DNA of 36,672 nt from a candidate division WOR-3 bacterium (GTDB lineage: Bacteria > Hydrothermota > Hydrothermia > LBFQ01): positions 1 to 36,672 of the forward strand of contig JALUCS010000078.1 of NCBI GenBank assembly GCA_027050205.1, in the 5' to 3' direction. Shown piece after piece: positions 8,936-18,753 of the stretch (position 1 is its first letter; each line of letters opens with the position of its first letter). The notes beneath the pieces were generated by a model, which was not told where the DNA came from, made no database searches, and saw only the letters and a program-made list of their open reading frames with translations. The position numbers were made by a program, and so were the translations under genes.

Positions 8936-9763
8936 ATGAAAGGGAAAGGTTTCGTTTTCTCTGCTCTCGCCATCGTCGGCACCGTGGCGTTGGCATCCTG
9001 CAAGAAGGGACTACCGGAGGAGCCGTACAAGACTATGCTGGTCGTCACCAAAAGCTCCATCGGTAGCGGATACAACAACACCTGGTTCCTCCCCTCCTAT
9101 CTCCTGCGGGATAAGAGGGTACTCGCCACATGCGGGGTGGATACGTCTGCCATAATGGACAACGATGGGGACGGTTTCCCTGCTATGTCCATAGACGTAA
9201 CCGCCTGCAGCGGAGACATAACCGAGGGGGACGTCTCCATCTCCTACAACGTAAGCGGGGACTTTACGATAGAGGACGGGGACGACTCCTCGCCGGGTGG
9301 GGGGAAGGTGCTTTTGAACGACGAGAGTACCTTCTCCATAGACGTGGGGGACATCTCCCTGAACATGACCTTTACCCCCAAGGGGGACGGGAGCGGATGG
9401 TACGACAACGGGAGCGCGTTGCTCGTCAATTCGGGAATAGATTACCAGAAGAGCAAGGGTAGCGGTGGTATCAACTTCAAAGCCTCCTTGGACACGGTGA
9501 AGGTGTCCTTCTCCACCAGCGAGAGCGGCTCCCTTCTGACGCCCAAGTCAGGCTCTATCAACCTGTACCTGAAGGCTTCCGTCTCATCCGTCCAGAGGAG
9601 TGGAGTCGACGGGAGCCACACGGACGGCGACTTCACCGCCAAGGTAAGCACCGAGGGCAACGCCACGGTAGGTTCCGACGGCAGGATCTCGTCGGGTAAG
9701 GCCTCCATAGACATAGACGGGGAGGCCACCACCAAGTCCTTTGAGGACGTGGAAGGTATATAG
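8936..9763 (+). CDS. Hypothetical lipoprotein
   Basis: Start moved to ATG 8936, 9 nt after TATAAT; MKGKGFVFSALAIVGTVALAS-C lipobox; S/G/D-rich beta protein. Confidence 0.75.
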   Translation: MKGKGFVFSALAIVGTVALASCKKGLPEEPYKTMLVVTKSSIGSGYNNTWFLPSYLLRDKRVLATCGVDTSAIMDNDGDGFPAMSIDVTACSGDITEGDVSISYNVSGDFTIEDGDDSSPGGGKVLLNDESTFSIDVGDISLNMTFTPKGDGSGWYDNGSALLVNSGIDYQKSKGSGGINFKASLDTVKVSFSTSESGSLLTPKSGSINLYLKASVSSVQRSGVDGSHTDGDFTAKVSTEGNATVGSDGRISSGKASIDIDGEATTKSFEDVEGI

Positions 9764-9785
9764 TCGCGACCTCAACGGGGCTAAC

Positions 9786-9810
9786 GGGGGGACACGGTCC
9801 CCCCTTTTTT
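9786..9810 (+). terminator. Intrinsic terminator
   Basis: GGGGGAC-ACG-GTCCCCC hairpin plus T run between convergent genes. Confidence 0.85.
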
Positions 9811-10591
9811 ATCCGTTTTTCCTCCAGGAAGGCTCCCGCTTGTTGAGGAAGGCCTCTATTCCCTCCTGGGCCTCCTCCCCCGCCCTGGTCATAGCGAGGA
9901 GGTGGGCGGTGATGTGGCGGAAAGGCTCCCCGTAGAAGGGGCGGTAGAGCCTTAGGAGCTCCTTCGTCCTCCTTACGGCCTTTGGCCCGTTCTTCAGGAA
10001 CTCCGCGACGAACCTTTCCCCCGCCTCCTCCAACTTTTCAGGCGGCACCACCTCGTCCACCAGCCCTATCTCCTTGGCCATCTCCGGCCCGAAGACCTCC
10101 CCCGTCAGGAAGAGCCTGCGGGCGGCGGCGAAGCCTATCCTCCGGAGGGCGAAGGAGGAGACCACCGATGGCACTATCCCCAGCTTAACCTCGGAGAAGG
10201 AGAAGGTGGAACCTTCGGCCGCCACGACTACGTCGCTTACGGCCACTATCCCCATACCCCCACCCCTCACGGCCCCCTTCACCAGCGAGAGGACGGGGAC
10301 GGGGACGTTCTCCAAGGCGTGGTAGGTGTCGTAGAGGGCGAGTGCGTCCTCGTAGTTCTCCTCGTAGGGGGCCTTACCCATCTCCCGCATCCAGTTCAGG
10401 TCCCCACCTGCGCAGAAGTGCTTCCCCTCCCCCGTTATTACCAGGACCCGGAGGCTCTCATCCTCGGAGATTTCCCGCAGCAGTGTGCGCAGCTCGGAGA
10501 GCATCTGCCGGTTGAAGGCGTTCCCCCTGTGGGGCCTGTTGAGTACCAGCCTCCCAACACCGTCGCTTACGGAGTACTTGACGGTCTCCAT
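9809..10591 (-). CDS. Enoyl-CoA hydratase/isomerase (methylglutaconyl-CoA hydratase-like)
   Basis: LNRPHRGNAF, FCAGGDLNWM, GGGMG and FSEVKLGIVP crotonase motifs; EGIEAFLNKREPSW end. Confidence 0.9.
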   Translation of the reverse strand: METVKYSVSDGVGRLVLNRPHRGNAFNRQMLSELRTLLREISEDESLRVLVITGEGKHFCAGGDLNWMREMGKAPYEENYEDALALYDTYHALENVPVPVLSLVKGAVRGGGMGIVAVSDVVVAAEGSTFSFSEVKLGIVPSVVSSFALRRIGFAAARRLFLTGEVFGPEMAKEIGLVDEVVPPEKLEEAGERFVAEFLKNGPKAVRRTKELLRLYRPFYGEPFRHITAHLLAMTRAGEEAQEGIEAFLNKREPSWRKNG

Positions 10592-10619
10592 AGGGGTGAA
10601 TGTTATAGACGGAGGACAC

Positions 10620-11318
10620 CTAACCGAGTACCCCCTTCAGCCTCCGGTACACCTCCCCGTAGGCCTTCACCAGGTCCCCCAGGTCCTTCCGGAAAACGTC
10701 CTTGTCGTAGGACCTCCCCTCATCGTCCCATATCCTGGAGGTGTCCGGGCTTATCTCGTCGGCAAGGAGGAGGTTCCTATCGCTGTCGTACCCGAACTCG
10801 TACTTTATGTCTATGAGGCGGAGGCCGGCCCTTGAGAAGAGATCCGTCAGGAGGGCGGTTGCCTTCAGGGAGAGGTCCTTCATACGCTTCAGCTCCTCCT
10901 CCGTCGCCCATCCGAAGTATATGGCGTGGCCTTCGCACACCAAGGGGTCGCCGAGGTCGTCGTTCTTGTAGAAGTACTCAACGAGGGGAGGGGACAGTTT
11001 CTTACCCTTCTCCAGACCGAGCCGTTTCACTATGCTACCCGTGGCCACGTTCCGCACTACGACCTCAACGGGGAGGATGCGCACTTTCTTGGCGTAGAAA
11101 CCCCGCTCCCCGGCCCTGACGTAGTGGGTCGGTATCCCCTTGCCCTTCAGGTACTCAAACAGGAGGTTGGAGATGCGGGCGGTTATCTCCCCCTTACCCG
11201 GAGGGGCGGCCCTCTTCTGGCCGTTGAAGGCGGTTACGTCGTCCTTGAACTCAACGAAGACGAGGTCCCCTTCCGCCTCGTATATTCGCTTGGACTTGCC
11301 CTCGTAGAGGAGACGCAT
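10620..11318 (-). CDS. purC: SAICAR synthetase
   Basis: LYEGKSK, FKDDVTAFNG, PVEVVVRNVATGS, DIKYEFG, LADEISPDTSRIWD and DKDVFR motifs. Confidence 0.96.
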   Translation of the reverse strand: MRLLYEGKSKRIYEAEGDLVFVEFKDDVTAFNGQKRAAPPGKGEITARISNLLFEYLKGKGIPTHYVRAGERGFYAKKVRILPVEVVVRNVATGSIVKRLGLEKGKKLSPPLVEYFYKNDDLGDPLVCEGHAIYFGWATEEELKRMKDLSLKATALLTDLFSRAGLRLIDIKYEFGYDSDRNLLLADEISPDTSRIWDDEGRSYDKDVFRKDLGDLVKAYGEVYRRLKGVLG

Positions 11319-11346
11319 ACGCTATTATACTGGGGTAGGGAATGGG

Positions 11347-13026
11347 CTACCTGACCACCACCTTGAAGATCCCTACCCGCTCCTTTCCCCTCCTCACTTC
11401 TATGAGCTTTATGCCCCTACTCAAGGGGAGGGCCAAGGTGTGGGTCCCGACGCCGAGGTACCCCTTCCACGTTTCTACAAGCCTACCGGAGGGGTCAAAC
11501 ACCCGTAGGGTGTAGGAGCCGGGTTGGGCTACCTTTATAGTTAGGCCACCGCCGTACGTCCCCCTTACGACCGCCTTGGAACATACGTCCCCTTCGCCGA
11601 CGAGGAGGTCGTAGTCCCCACCGAGGGGGCATATGGTGTCGGCCGCTAGGCCGCTCCCGGTAGATACGTAGGCGTCCCTTACGGAGAAGTTGAGGGTGTA
11701 GAGGCTGTCCCTCGTGGGGAAGGCGTAGATGGATACGCTCTGGAGGGTCAGGGATACGTCCATTACGTTCCCGCATATGGACGGGCGGAGGTACCTACCG
11801 GCGGAGTCCAACTGCGCCAGGACCACGTCCCCGCCGGAGGAGAGGAGGAAGACGACGTGTTCGTCCCCGTTTACGGTTGATGGGATAGCGTACCTACCCA
11901 CGTCGTACCCGGAGGTGGAGTACTCCCGCGCCCATACGAGGTTCCCGGAGGTGTCCATCTTTATAAGGACGGCGTCCCCGTCCATCTCGGCGGCCACGTA
12001 GACGTACCCGTCGGAGTAGTGGAGGTTCCTGACGCGGTCAAGGGTGCCGTTGGAGACCACCCGCCTGGCCCACAGGACGGCGCCATCGCTCCCCCTGACC
12101 TTCATTATCAGGATGTCCCGGTAGGAGGGGTCGTTGGCCGGAGACTCCCATGCGTTGGAGTACCCCCCGATGATGAAGTTTCCGGAGGGTAGGACGGTTA
12201 CCCCTATGGCGCTCTCGCGGCTCCCCGAAACGAAGTAGTAGGAGGGTTGCCCCCTGTAGCGACGGGTCCATACCGTGTCTCCAGAGGAGGTCATCTTTAT
12301 GGCGTATATGTCCCAGTCCTCCGGGTCCCCCGACGTGTAGTTCCGCAGGCTGTCCTCCACCCTCCCTACGATGATGTAGTTTCCGGAAGGGTCCCTCTCT
12401 GCGTCAAAGAGGAGCTGGGCGAGAACGGTGTCCGTACCGAACTTGAACCTCCCTATCCTCCTCTGCCAGAGTATGCTGCTGCCGTCGGAGGCGAGCTTGA
12501 GGACTATGGCGTCAAAGTCCCCAGGTACGGCGGGATCGCTCCGGGTGGCATCGGTCTGGCCTACGAGGATGTACCCCCCATCCTCCATTACGTCCCAAAC
12601 CTTGTCCGTCTCGTACGCGTGGGTGGGGCTGGCCCCTATCCTCTTGGCCCACTGTACGTTCCCCCAAGCGTCGGTCTTGATTACGAACAGGTGGTGGGTG
12701 TCGGAAGGGTAGGGCATAAGGCCTGTGTATCCCACCATCAGGAAGCCGCCGTCGGAGGTCCTTATCATCCACGTGGCGTGATCCTCCCTGCGGGTCGCCG
12801 ACCCTATCCTCCTCCCGTAGACCTTCTGCCAAACTATCCGGCCGAGGGTGTCGGTCTTCAACAGAAAGAAGTCCCCGTCCCCTAATCCCCCGGAGGAGAA
12901 GGAGTTGGTCTGTCCGAACATAACGTAGCCGTTCCACATCCTCACTACGGTGTAGGGCGTCTCTATCCCCGACGCTCCGTATCGGTATATGAAGGTTGAG
13001 AAGTACCCAATCACCGCCAAAAACAT
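11347..13026 (-). CDS. Secreted beta-propeller repeat protein with T9SS-like C-terminal domain
   Basis: Repeated D.FLLKTD..G...W.K..G / SDGG....G.T blades; C-terminal LRVFDPSGRLV...KVVVR. Confidence 0.8.
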   Translation of the reverse strand: MFLAVIGYFSTFIYRYGASGIETPYTVVRMWNGYVMFGQTNSFSSGGLGDGDFFLLKTDTLGRIVWQKVYGRRIGSATRREDHATWMIRTSDGGFLMVGYTGLMPYPSDTHHLFVIKTDAWGNVQWAKRIGASPTHAYETDKVWDVMEDGGYILVGQTDATRSDPAVPGDFDAIVLKLASDGSSILWQRRIGRFKFGTDTVLAQLLFDAERDPSGNYIIVGRVEDSLRNYTSGDPEDWDIYAIKMTSSGDTVWTRRYRGQPSYYFVSGSRESAIGVTVLPSGNFIIGGYSNAWESPANDPSYRDILIMKVRGSDGAVLWARRVVSNGTLDRVRNLHYSDGYVYVAAEMDGDAVLIKMDTSGNLVWAREYSTSGYDVGRYAIPSTVNGDEHVVFLLSSGGDVVLAQLDSAGRYLRPSICGNVMDVSLTLQSVSIYAFPTRDSLYTLNFSVRDAYVSTGSGLAADTICPLGGDYDLLVGEGDVCSKAVVRGTYGGGLTIKVAQPGSYTLRVFDPSGRLVETWKGYLGVGTHTLALPLSRGIKLIEVRRGKERVGIFKVVVR

Positions 13027-13097
13027 AGACCGAATTCTAAGGTCGCACCACCTCCTCCATTATACCCTGCTGCCGCAGGAGGGACAAAGCGACTACT

Positions 13098-14378
13098 TCA
13101 ACCCTTTAGGAACTTCTCCATCTCCCTCCTGTACCTCTCGTAGAGGGGGAAGGCCTCCGTAAGCTCCCTGACCTTCCTCCTCGCCCTCTCCTTCACCCCC
13201 TCGTCCTCCGGAGATTTCAGGACCTCTGCTATTATCCGGCCTATCTCCCTCATCTCCCCCTCCTTCATACCGCGGGTGGTGAGGGCGGGGGTGCCTATCC
13301 TTATGCCGCTGGCCCGCGTCGGGGGGAGGGGGTCGTCCGGTATGGTGTTCTTATTTACGGTTATCCCCACCTCGCCGAGGAGTCTCTCGGCCTTCTTACC
13401 GGAGATGCCGAGGTCCCTCAAGTCTACCAACATCAGGTGGTTGTCCGTACCGCCGGAGACGAGCTTGAGACCGTTCTCCATAAGGCTCTCGGCCAGAGCC
13501 TTGGCGTTCTTTACTATCTGATTGGCGTACTCCTTGAAGGAGGGCTGGAGGGCCTCCTTGAAGGCCACGGCCTTGGCTGCTATGACGTGCATCAGGGGGC
13601 CGCCCTGCATTCCGGGGAAGACGCTCTTGTCCACCAGCTTACCGAGTTCGGGGTCGTCCGTCATTATCATGGCACCCCTCGGACCCCGGAGGGTCTTGTG
13701 GGTGGTCGTGGTTATAAAGTGGGCGTAGGGGACGGGGGAGGGATGGACGCCTGCGGCGACCAGTCCGGCTATGTGGGCTATGTCGGCCATAAGGTAGGCC
13801 CCGACCTCGTTAGCTATCTCCCTGAAGGCCTTGAAGTCTATCTCACGGGGGTAGGCGGAGTATCCGGTGACGATTATCTGGGGTCTGTACTTCTTGGCCA
13901 GAGAGCGCACAAGGTCGTAGTCTATGCGTCCGGTTTCGGGATTCACACCGTAGTACTGGACCTTGTAGAGCTTCCCGGCGAAGTTCACGGGCGAGCCGTG
14001 GGAGAGGTGGCCTCCGTGGTCCAGTCTCATGGCGAGGATGGTGTCGCAGGGCTTCAGTACGGCGAAGTACACGGCCATGTTGGCCTGTGTCCCGCTGTGG
14101 GGCTGGACGTTGGCGTGCTTGACGTTGAAGAGCCTCTTCGCCCTCTCCCTCGCCAGCTCTTCGGCCACGTCCACGAACTCGCACCCTCCGTAGTACCTCT
14201 TTCCGGGGTACCCTTCGGCGTACTTGTTCGTCATTACGCTGCCCATGGCGGTGAGGACGGCGAGGGATACGAAGTTCTCGGAGGCTATCAGCTCAAGGCC
14301 CTCGTGCTGGCGGACGGCCTCCTTGTATATGGCCCCGTAGATTTCGGGGTCGGTGTTGTACAGTTCATCAAAGAACAT
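13098..14378 (-). CDS. glyA: Serine hydroxymethyltransferase
   Basis: [32 protein letters not shown] and [12 protein letters not shown] motifs; start moved to ATG 14378, 7 nt after TAAAAT. Confidence 0.97.
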   Translation of the reverse strand: MFFDELYNTDPEIYGAIYKEAVRQHEGLELIASENFVSLAVLTAMGSVMTNKYAEGYPGKRYYGGCEFVDVAEELARERAKRLFNVKHANVQPHSGTQANMAVYFAVLKPCDTILAMRLDHGGHLSHGSPVNFAGKLYKVQYYGVNPETGRIDYDLVRSLAKKYRPQIIVTGYSAYPREIDFKAFREIANEVGAYLMADIAHIAGLVAAGVHPSPVPYAHFITTTTHKTLRGPRGAMIMTDDPELGKLVDKSVFPGMQGGPLMHVIAAKAVAFKEALQPSFKEYANQIVKNAKALAESLMENGLKLVSGGTDNHLMLVDLRDLGISGKKAERLLGEVGITVNKNTIPDDPLPPTRASGIRIGTPALTTRGMKEGEMREIGRIIAEVLKSPEDEGVKERARRKVRELTEAFPLYERYRREMEKFLKG

Positions 14379-14915
14379 AGAAGGTATTTTACCCCCTGTT
14401 GTTTTCGGAGGGGTAGGGTGATGCATTGAGGGGGTGGGGATCCGTCCCCCAGAACCTTGAAATGGGATTTCAAAAATCATGAGGTACAACTGGCAGTTTT
14501 ATGAAGTTTGGGTATTAATTTATTTAAGTTGCTATTGTAAATTTTAAAGAAAATCCGCTATGCTAATCATTTTTAAGAATTAACGAAAAAATTATATAAG
14601 AAAAATTTTTAAGATGTACTTTAAAAAAGTTTAATAATTTAAAAGTGCATCTGTAGGATTTCCGGTAGATTCGTGCCAAAATTGTGTATTCTGTCATTTT
14701 TATATATTATTAGTATTATACTGAAAAATAATACTCCATCTACCATCGTTTTAATTTAAAATTATAACCAAAACTGTTTTAAACTCAATCACAAATTTTA
14801 AGCGGTATAGAGGGCAGCCCGTCCTTACGATTTGGAGAACTCTACACCAACGCCCTCTCAAACTGAGCTTCGGGAAGTGCAATTGGTACTACGATACAAA
14901 ATCCCGCACTAACGT

Positions 14916-15098
14916 TCACGAGGACTGTACCACTCTATCCACCAAATACCTGAAGGGGTGTTCCCTGAAGAGGAAGGGGATGGTCCTGACAGGTTTTACA
15001 TCGCTGTTTAGAATTGCGGCCAGTTCATGGCCAGCGAAGTGGGCTTCGTCGGGGTCCCGGAGGTCAAATTTGAGCTTAGCCAAGAGGGTGATTTTCAT
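14916..15098 (-). pseudogene. Truncated duplicate of the 5' end (49 codons) of the 16956-18752 methyltransferase
   Basis: MKITLLAKLK...FREHPF is identical to the MTase N-terminus, then 11 unrelated codons and a stop. Confidence 0.85.
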
Positions 15099-15099
15099 A
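14951..15099. repeat. 149-bp direct repeat, copy A
   Basis: Matches 18605-18753 with 2 mismatches. Confidence 0.95.
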
Positions 15100-15100
15100 T

Positions 15101-15637
15101 TTACCATTGCTTAAGATATTTATTATAAAAATACTCAAAAGATCTATTTTTGCGTCTCGCCTCGTCTATAGAAAAGTGATTTAAAATTTCTATCAGAAAG
15201 TTTATACGAGAATAAGAGAATTTCTTGGGAATTAACTTATTAAATTCCTCCTTTGTGATATTGTCTGTATTTGAAAAACATTTAATTTTGAGCTTTATAC
15301 AGTCCTCATCACTCAATCCCGCCAGATACCAGCCCTCTATCTCCCTTATTACGATCAATACCCTATTCGGGCTGATTTCTTTGCAACTTTTAATAATCTT
15401 TGATTTTTTACCAGTAATGCACGGCGCATCGTTGATGTCGGCAAAGAAGAGATAGTCTGCTCCCATACTTTTGATTGATTTTATCAAATTGCACAGTTTG
15501 TCCTTCTTTTCCTGTGCGTACTTTATGATTCTGACGTAATCGTATTTTTTCATAAACTCCGGTTCTATTACGTACCTGATAAACCTCTCATCATCGTTCC
15601 CTTCAACGAATATGAACAACCGTCTGTACGAGGCCAT
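15101..15637 (-). CDS. TOPRIM-like protein (DUF4276/DUF4435/RloB-like), putative nuclease effector
   Basis: IFVEGNDDE, ADIND (DxD-like) and REIEGWYLA motifs; lies directly downstream of an AAA ATPase. Confidence 0.7.
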   Translation of the reverse strand: MASYRRLFIFVEGNDDERFIRYVIEPEFMKKYDYVRIIKYAQEKKDKLCNLIKSIKSMGADYLFFADINDAPCITGKKSKIIKSCKEISPNRVLIVIREIEGWYLAGLSDEDCIKLKIKCFSNTDNITKEEFNKLIPKKFSYSRINFLIEILNHFSIDEARRKNRSFEYFYNKYLKQW

Positions 15638-15640
15638 ACC

Positions 15641-16921
15641 TCAAACCTCCAGTAAGTTCTGCACATAAAGCTCATCAATACCTATATCGTTCTCTAAAAA
15701 TATTTTAACCTCTTCCCTCTTTGCAGGGCGTGAAATTTCCGAAAATCCTTCCCTATTACGGGAGATAAGCAAGAGATTTTCCAGGCCGGCATGTTTGACG
15801 AACTCCGGGTTGTGTGTGGTGACCAAAATCTGCTTATGTCTGGAAGCGTCCTTCATCATTTCAACCACTCTGGAAATCAGATGTGGATGAATGTTCCGTT
15901 CAGGCTCTTCAATAATAACAAACGGTTTCCTCTCAAAGAACAGAGCTACAATAAGCGCGGTTATGTTTATTGTACCATCGGAGATTAAAGATGCAGGAAT
16001 ATACTTTTTTCTTGAGTAGGACTCTTTCAGCTTGAATAGAATGGATTTGTCTGCAAACTTCTCAACGTCAAGGTTCTCTACGAATGGAAGGAGATCTTTT
16101 ATGAGATTAAACAGTTTTTCTCTTTCCTCTTTCCTTGATAAAATGTTTTTGAGAACTATGGATAGATTGCTACCATCTTCCTCCAATTCAGCTTTTCCTG
16201 TGATAGGATGAGCCTTTTTAGGTAATTTAGGATCGAAATCATATAGTGCTATATTATTTAAAATAAACGAACCCTTTACAGGTCTTATCGGAGGCAATAT
16301 GAGTATAGGTGCCTCTATAAGTAGAGTTAGCTCCGGCAACTTCTCTACAGCTACAAAGAATAATTCATCTCTATTTACAGGTATATCAGGATACTTATTA
16401 AAATTGACTATTATTTTATTTCCGTTGTGATAAATGATTATCTCCCCTTTGCCAATCTCTTTAAATCCTAAAGTTCGTGTGTCTTTGATCTTTTCTTCCA
16501 TTTTTAAAAATCTAATTTTATGAGTTAAAACATCTTTTTCTATCCTAAAACCTGCCCCTCTTTTTCTTTTATAAAATCTTAATGAAAATTCATAAACAGT
16601 TTCTATCAATTCAGTACTAATTATACCTATTTTAGTTTTTTGAGGAAGTGTTTTATATTTTTCACCAAAAATAACTTTTATGCGCAAATTCTCTTTGTGT
16701 TCTATTTTAATATTCCTGATATATTCCACTCCACCTTGTAGGGATATGGCATTTTCCAATCCATGCTTTACTATATCCCTCAAAAACCTAAAAATACTCA
16801 CAAAATTTGACTTGCCGGAGGCATTTGCACCAATTAAGACGTTGAATCTCCCAAGGTCAACTCTCAAATCCTTAAAACTCTTAAAGTTCCTTACTTCTAT
16901 CCTCTTTATAGCCATCCTCAC
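15641..16921 (-). CDS. ABC-type AAA ATPase (AAA_21/AAA_15-like)
   Basis: Walker A GANASGKSN, signature ISDGT, Walker B IIEEPE and H-loop TTHNP. Confidence 0.9.
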   Translation of the reverse strand: MRMAIKRIEVRNFKSFKDLRVDLGRFNVLIGANASGKSNFVSIFRFLRDIVKHGLENAISLQGGVEYIRNIKIEHKENLRIKVIFGEKYKTLPQKTKIGIISTELIETVYEFSLRFYKRKRGAGFRIEKDVLTHKIRFLKMEEKIKDTRTLGFKEIGKGEIIIYHNGNKIIVNFNKYPDIPVNRDELFFVAVEKLPELTLLIEAPILILPPIRPVKGSFILNNIALYDFDPKLPKKAHPITGKAELEEDGSNLSIVLKNILSRKEEREKLFNLIKDLLPFVENLDVEKFADKSILFKLKESYSRKKYIPASLISDGTINITALIVALFFERKPFVIIEEPERNIHPHLISRVVEMMKDASRHKQILVTTHNPEFVKHAGLENLLLISRNREGFSEISRPAKREEVKIFLENDIGIDELYVQNLLEV

Positions 16922-16955
16922 CGCCCATTATACGGGCGGCATCAAGATTTAAAGG

Positions 16956-18752
16956 TCACTTCTGGAAAATCAATATATCTTCTACGTTGATCTTCCCCTT
17001 ATCCGCCTTTGAAAGCCCGTGCTGGATCACATCCACGAGTTTGAAACCCTCCGATACGCCCAGCTCCGATAGAATCCGCGACGTTTCAATTCTCCTCTCC
17101 TCACCGTTTATAATCCAGCGATGGTATTTACTGACAACCATGACGTAATATTTTCCGGGTTTTAAGACTCTAAAACACTCCCTAAACGACAGTTTCATCA
17201 TCTTCAGATAGTTCCTGACAACGTTTGCCTTGGATGACCTTCGGGATTTTTTTAGTAAAGTTATCAGATCTTCACTAGATTCGGGTAGTTTCAGGTCATA
17301 CTTGTCAAATTTTGAATAGTACTCTTTGGTAGCTCCGAATTTCAAATCCTCATCAAAGCCAAGAATAACTATTGAAACCTTGTTGTTTCCGATATAGTCC
17401 AGGGCATCAAAGTAAGGGGGTGATGTCAGTATTCCGTCTATGGATCCATCCTCCAAAAAATGCATACTTGTGGAATCGGCCTTTACTATCCTTATCTTTC
17501 CACTATTAAGGTTTATTCCCAACTTTTCGGCCAGCTTCAGGGTAGCATACAGGGTTAGATACCTATCTTCAACGTAGTTGCGGAATGAAGTCGTAAAATC
17601 GTTGCCCCTTTTCTTCTCGGAGAACTCTATGATCTTCTGACTTAACATCAGGAGGAGGAACTTTTTTGCTTTCTCATATTTGATATTTTCTATTTCGTTT
17701 TTCAGATAGGCGATCTTTTTAAGATGTGGTATAATGTTTGAAACTATCTTACTGTTTCCTATTTGCTTCAGTAGATTTTCCCTAATCCTTCTTATCTCAC
17801 CGGAAATATCCCCGGAAAACATATCCCGTTCCCTGTAGCGGCCACTGAAAAGTTTTACTATCTCCCCCCTTAATCTCTGTATATCGTAGTTCAAATCTCC
17901 CTTAACTTCGGATATGAGCTTTCCTATCCTTAGGATCTCAACCCCTACGGCGTTCAATCCCATAGTAGGAGCATCCGCTATAAAGGCACCGGACCCTGCA
18001 AAGGGGTCCAGAACAGTAGCGCCCTCATCCACCTTGAGAAGGTTTATCAAGGCCCTTGATATTCTCGGATCCCCCTTGCCCTTGTACTTGTGGAGGTAGT
18101 GAAGAAAGGGTTTGCGCAGGTCGGTTGATGCCCAATCTACGAAATCCCCTATGTGTCTCTTACCCAGACCGAGATGGGGGGCGCGGAAATGGTTGTTCCT
18201 CAAATGATGTATAAGTTCCTCCAATCCCCTCTCTATGCCCTTTTCCTTTTCAGAAAGGTATTCATCCAAGTTCTTCGTCCCCTTCGGAGTAATGGCAACG
18301 TAGGGTAGTTTCTTAACGTCAGCTGCGTACTCAAATAAGGTCTGGATGGGAAATAACCTTACCACGAATATCCCATCATTCGCGGTAAGAATCTGAAACA
18401 GATTTTCGTTAGTTAGGGATAGCTCCCGCTTTAACTCCTCTTCACTCTTAGAAGTTTCAACTATAAGGTATATTTCCCTAAAAAATGCCGGTCCGTATAT
18501 AAGTTTATCGGTCCTAACGTTTTTAACCTTCGCCAGATATCCCTGTACCTCTCCGAGGTAAAGGTTCCGGGTGATTATGCGTACTGCAACCTCGTTTAAC
18601 TTGTTGAAGGGGTGTTCCCTGAAGAGGAAGGGGATGGTCCTGACAGGTTTTACGTCGCTGTTTAGAATTGCGGCCAGTTCATGGCCAGCGAAGTGGGCTT
18701 CGTCGGGGTCCCGGAGGTCAAATTTGAGCTTGGCCAAGAGGGTGATTTTCAT
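16956..18752 (-). CDS. DNA methyltransferase (N4-C/N6-A, motif I before SPPY) with a long N-terminal extension
   Basis: HYLHKYKGK, VLDPFAGSG (motif I), LTSPPYF (motif IV) and ECFRVLKPG. Confidence 0.85.
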   Translation of the reverse strand: MKITLLAKLKFDLRDPDEAHFAGHELAAILNSDVKPVRTIPFLFREHPFNKLNEVAVRIITRNLYLGEVQGYLAKVKNVRTDKLIYGPAFFREIYLIVETSKSEEELKRELSLTNENLFQILTANDGIFVVRLFPIQTLFEYAADVKKLPYVAITPKGTKNLDEYLSEKEKGIERGLEELIHHLRNNHFRAPHLGLGKRHIGDFVDWASTDLRKPFLHYLHKYKGKGDPRISRALINLLKVDEGATVLDPFAGSGAFIADAPTMGLNAVGVEILRIGKLISEVKGDLNYDIQRLRGEIVKLFSGRYRERDMFSGDISGEIRRIRENLLKQIGNSKIVSNIIPHLKKIAYLKNEIENIKYEKAKKFLLLMLSQKIIEFSEKKRGNDFTTSFRNYVEDRYLTLYATLKLAEKLGINLNSGKIRIVKADSTSMHFLEDGSIDGILTSPPYFDALDYIGNNKVSIVILGFDEDLKFGATKEYYSKFDKYDLKLPESSEDLITLLKKSRRSSKANVVRNYLKMMKLSFRECFRVLKPGKYYVMVVSKYHRWIINGEERRIETSRILSELGVSEGFKLVDVIQHGLSKADKGKINVEDILIFQK

Positions 18753-18753
18753 A
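18605..18753. repeat. 149-bp direct repeat, copy B
   Basis: Matches 14951-15099 with 2 mismatches. Confidence 0.95.

Noticed and set aside
14379..14490. Riboswitch upstream of glyA
   Set aside because: The -10 lies 7 nt from the ATG, leaving no 5' UTR, and no recognisable aptamer consensus is present.
14490..14810. Replication origin
   Set aside because: No TTATCCACA-type box cluster or dnaA/dnaN context seen.
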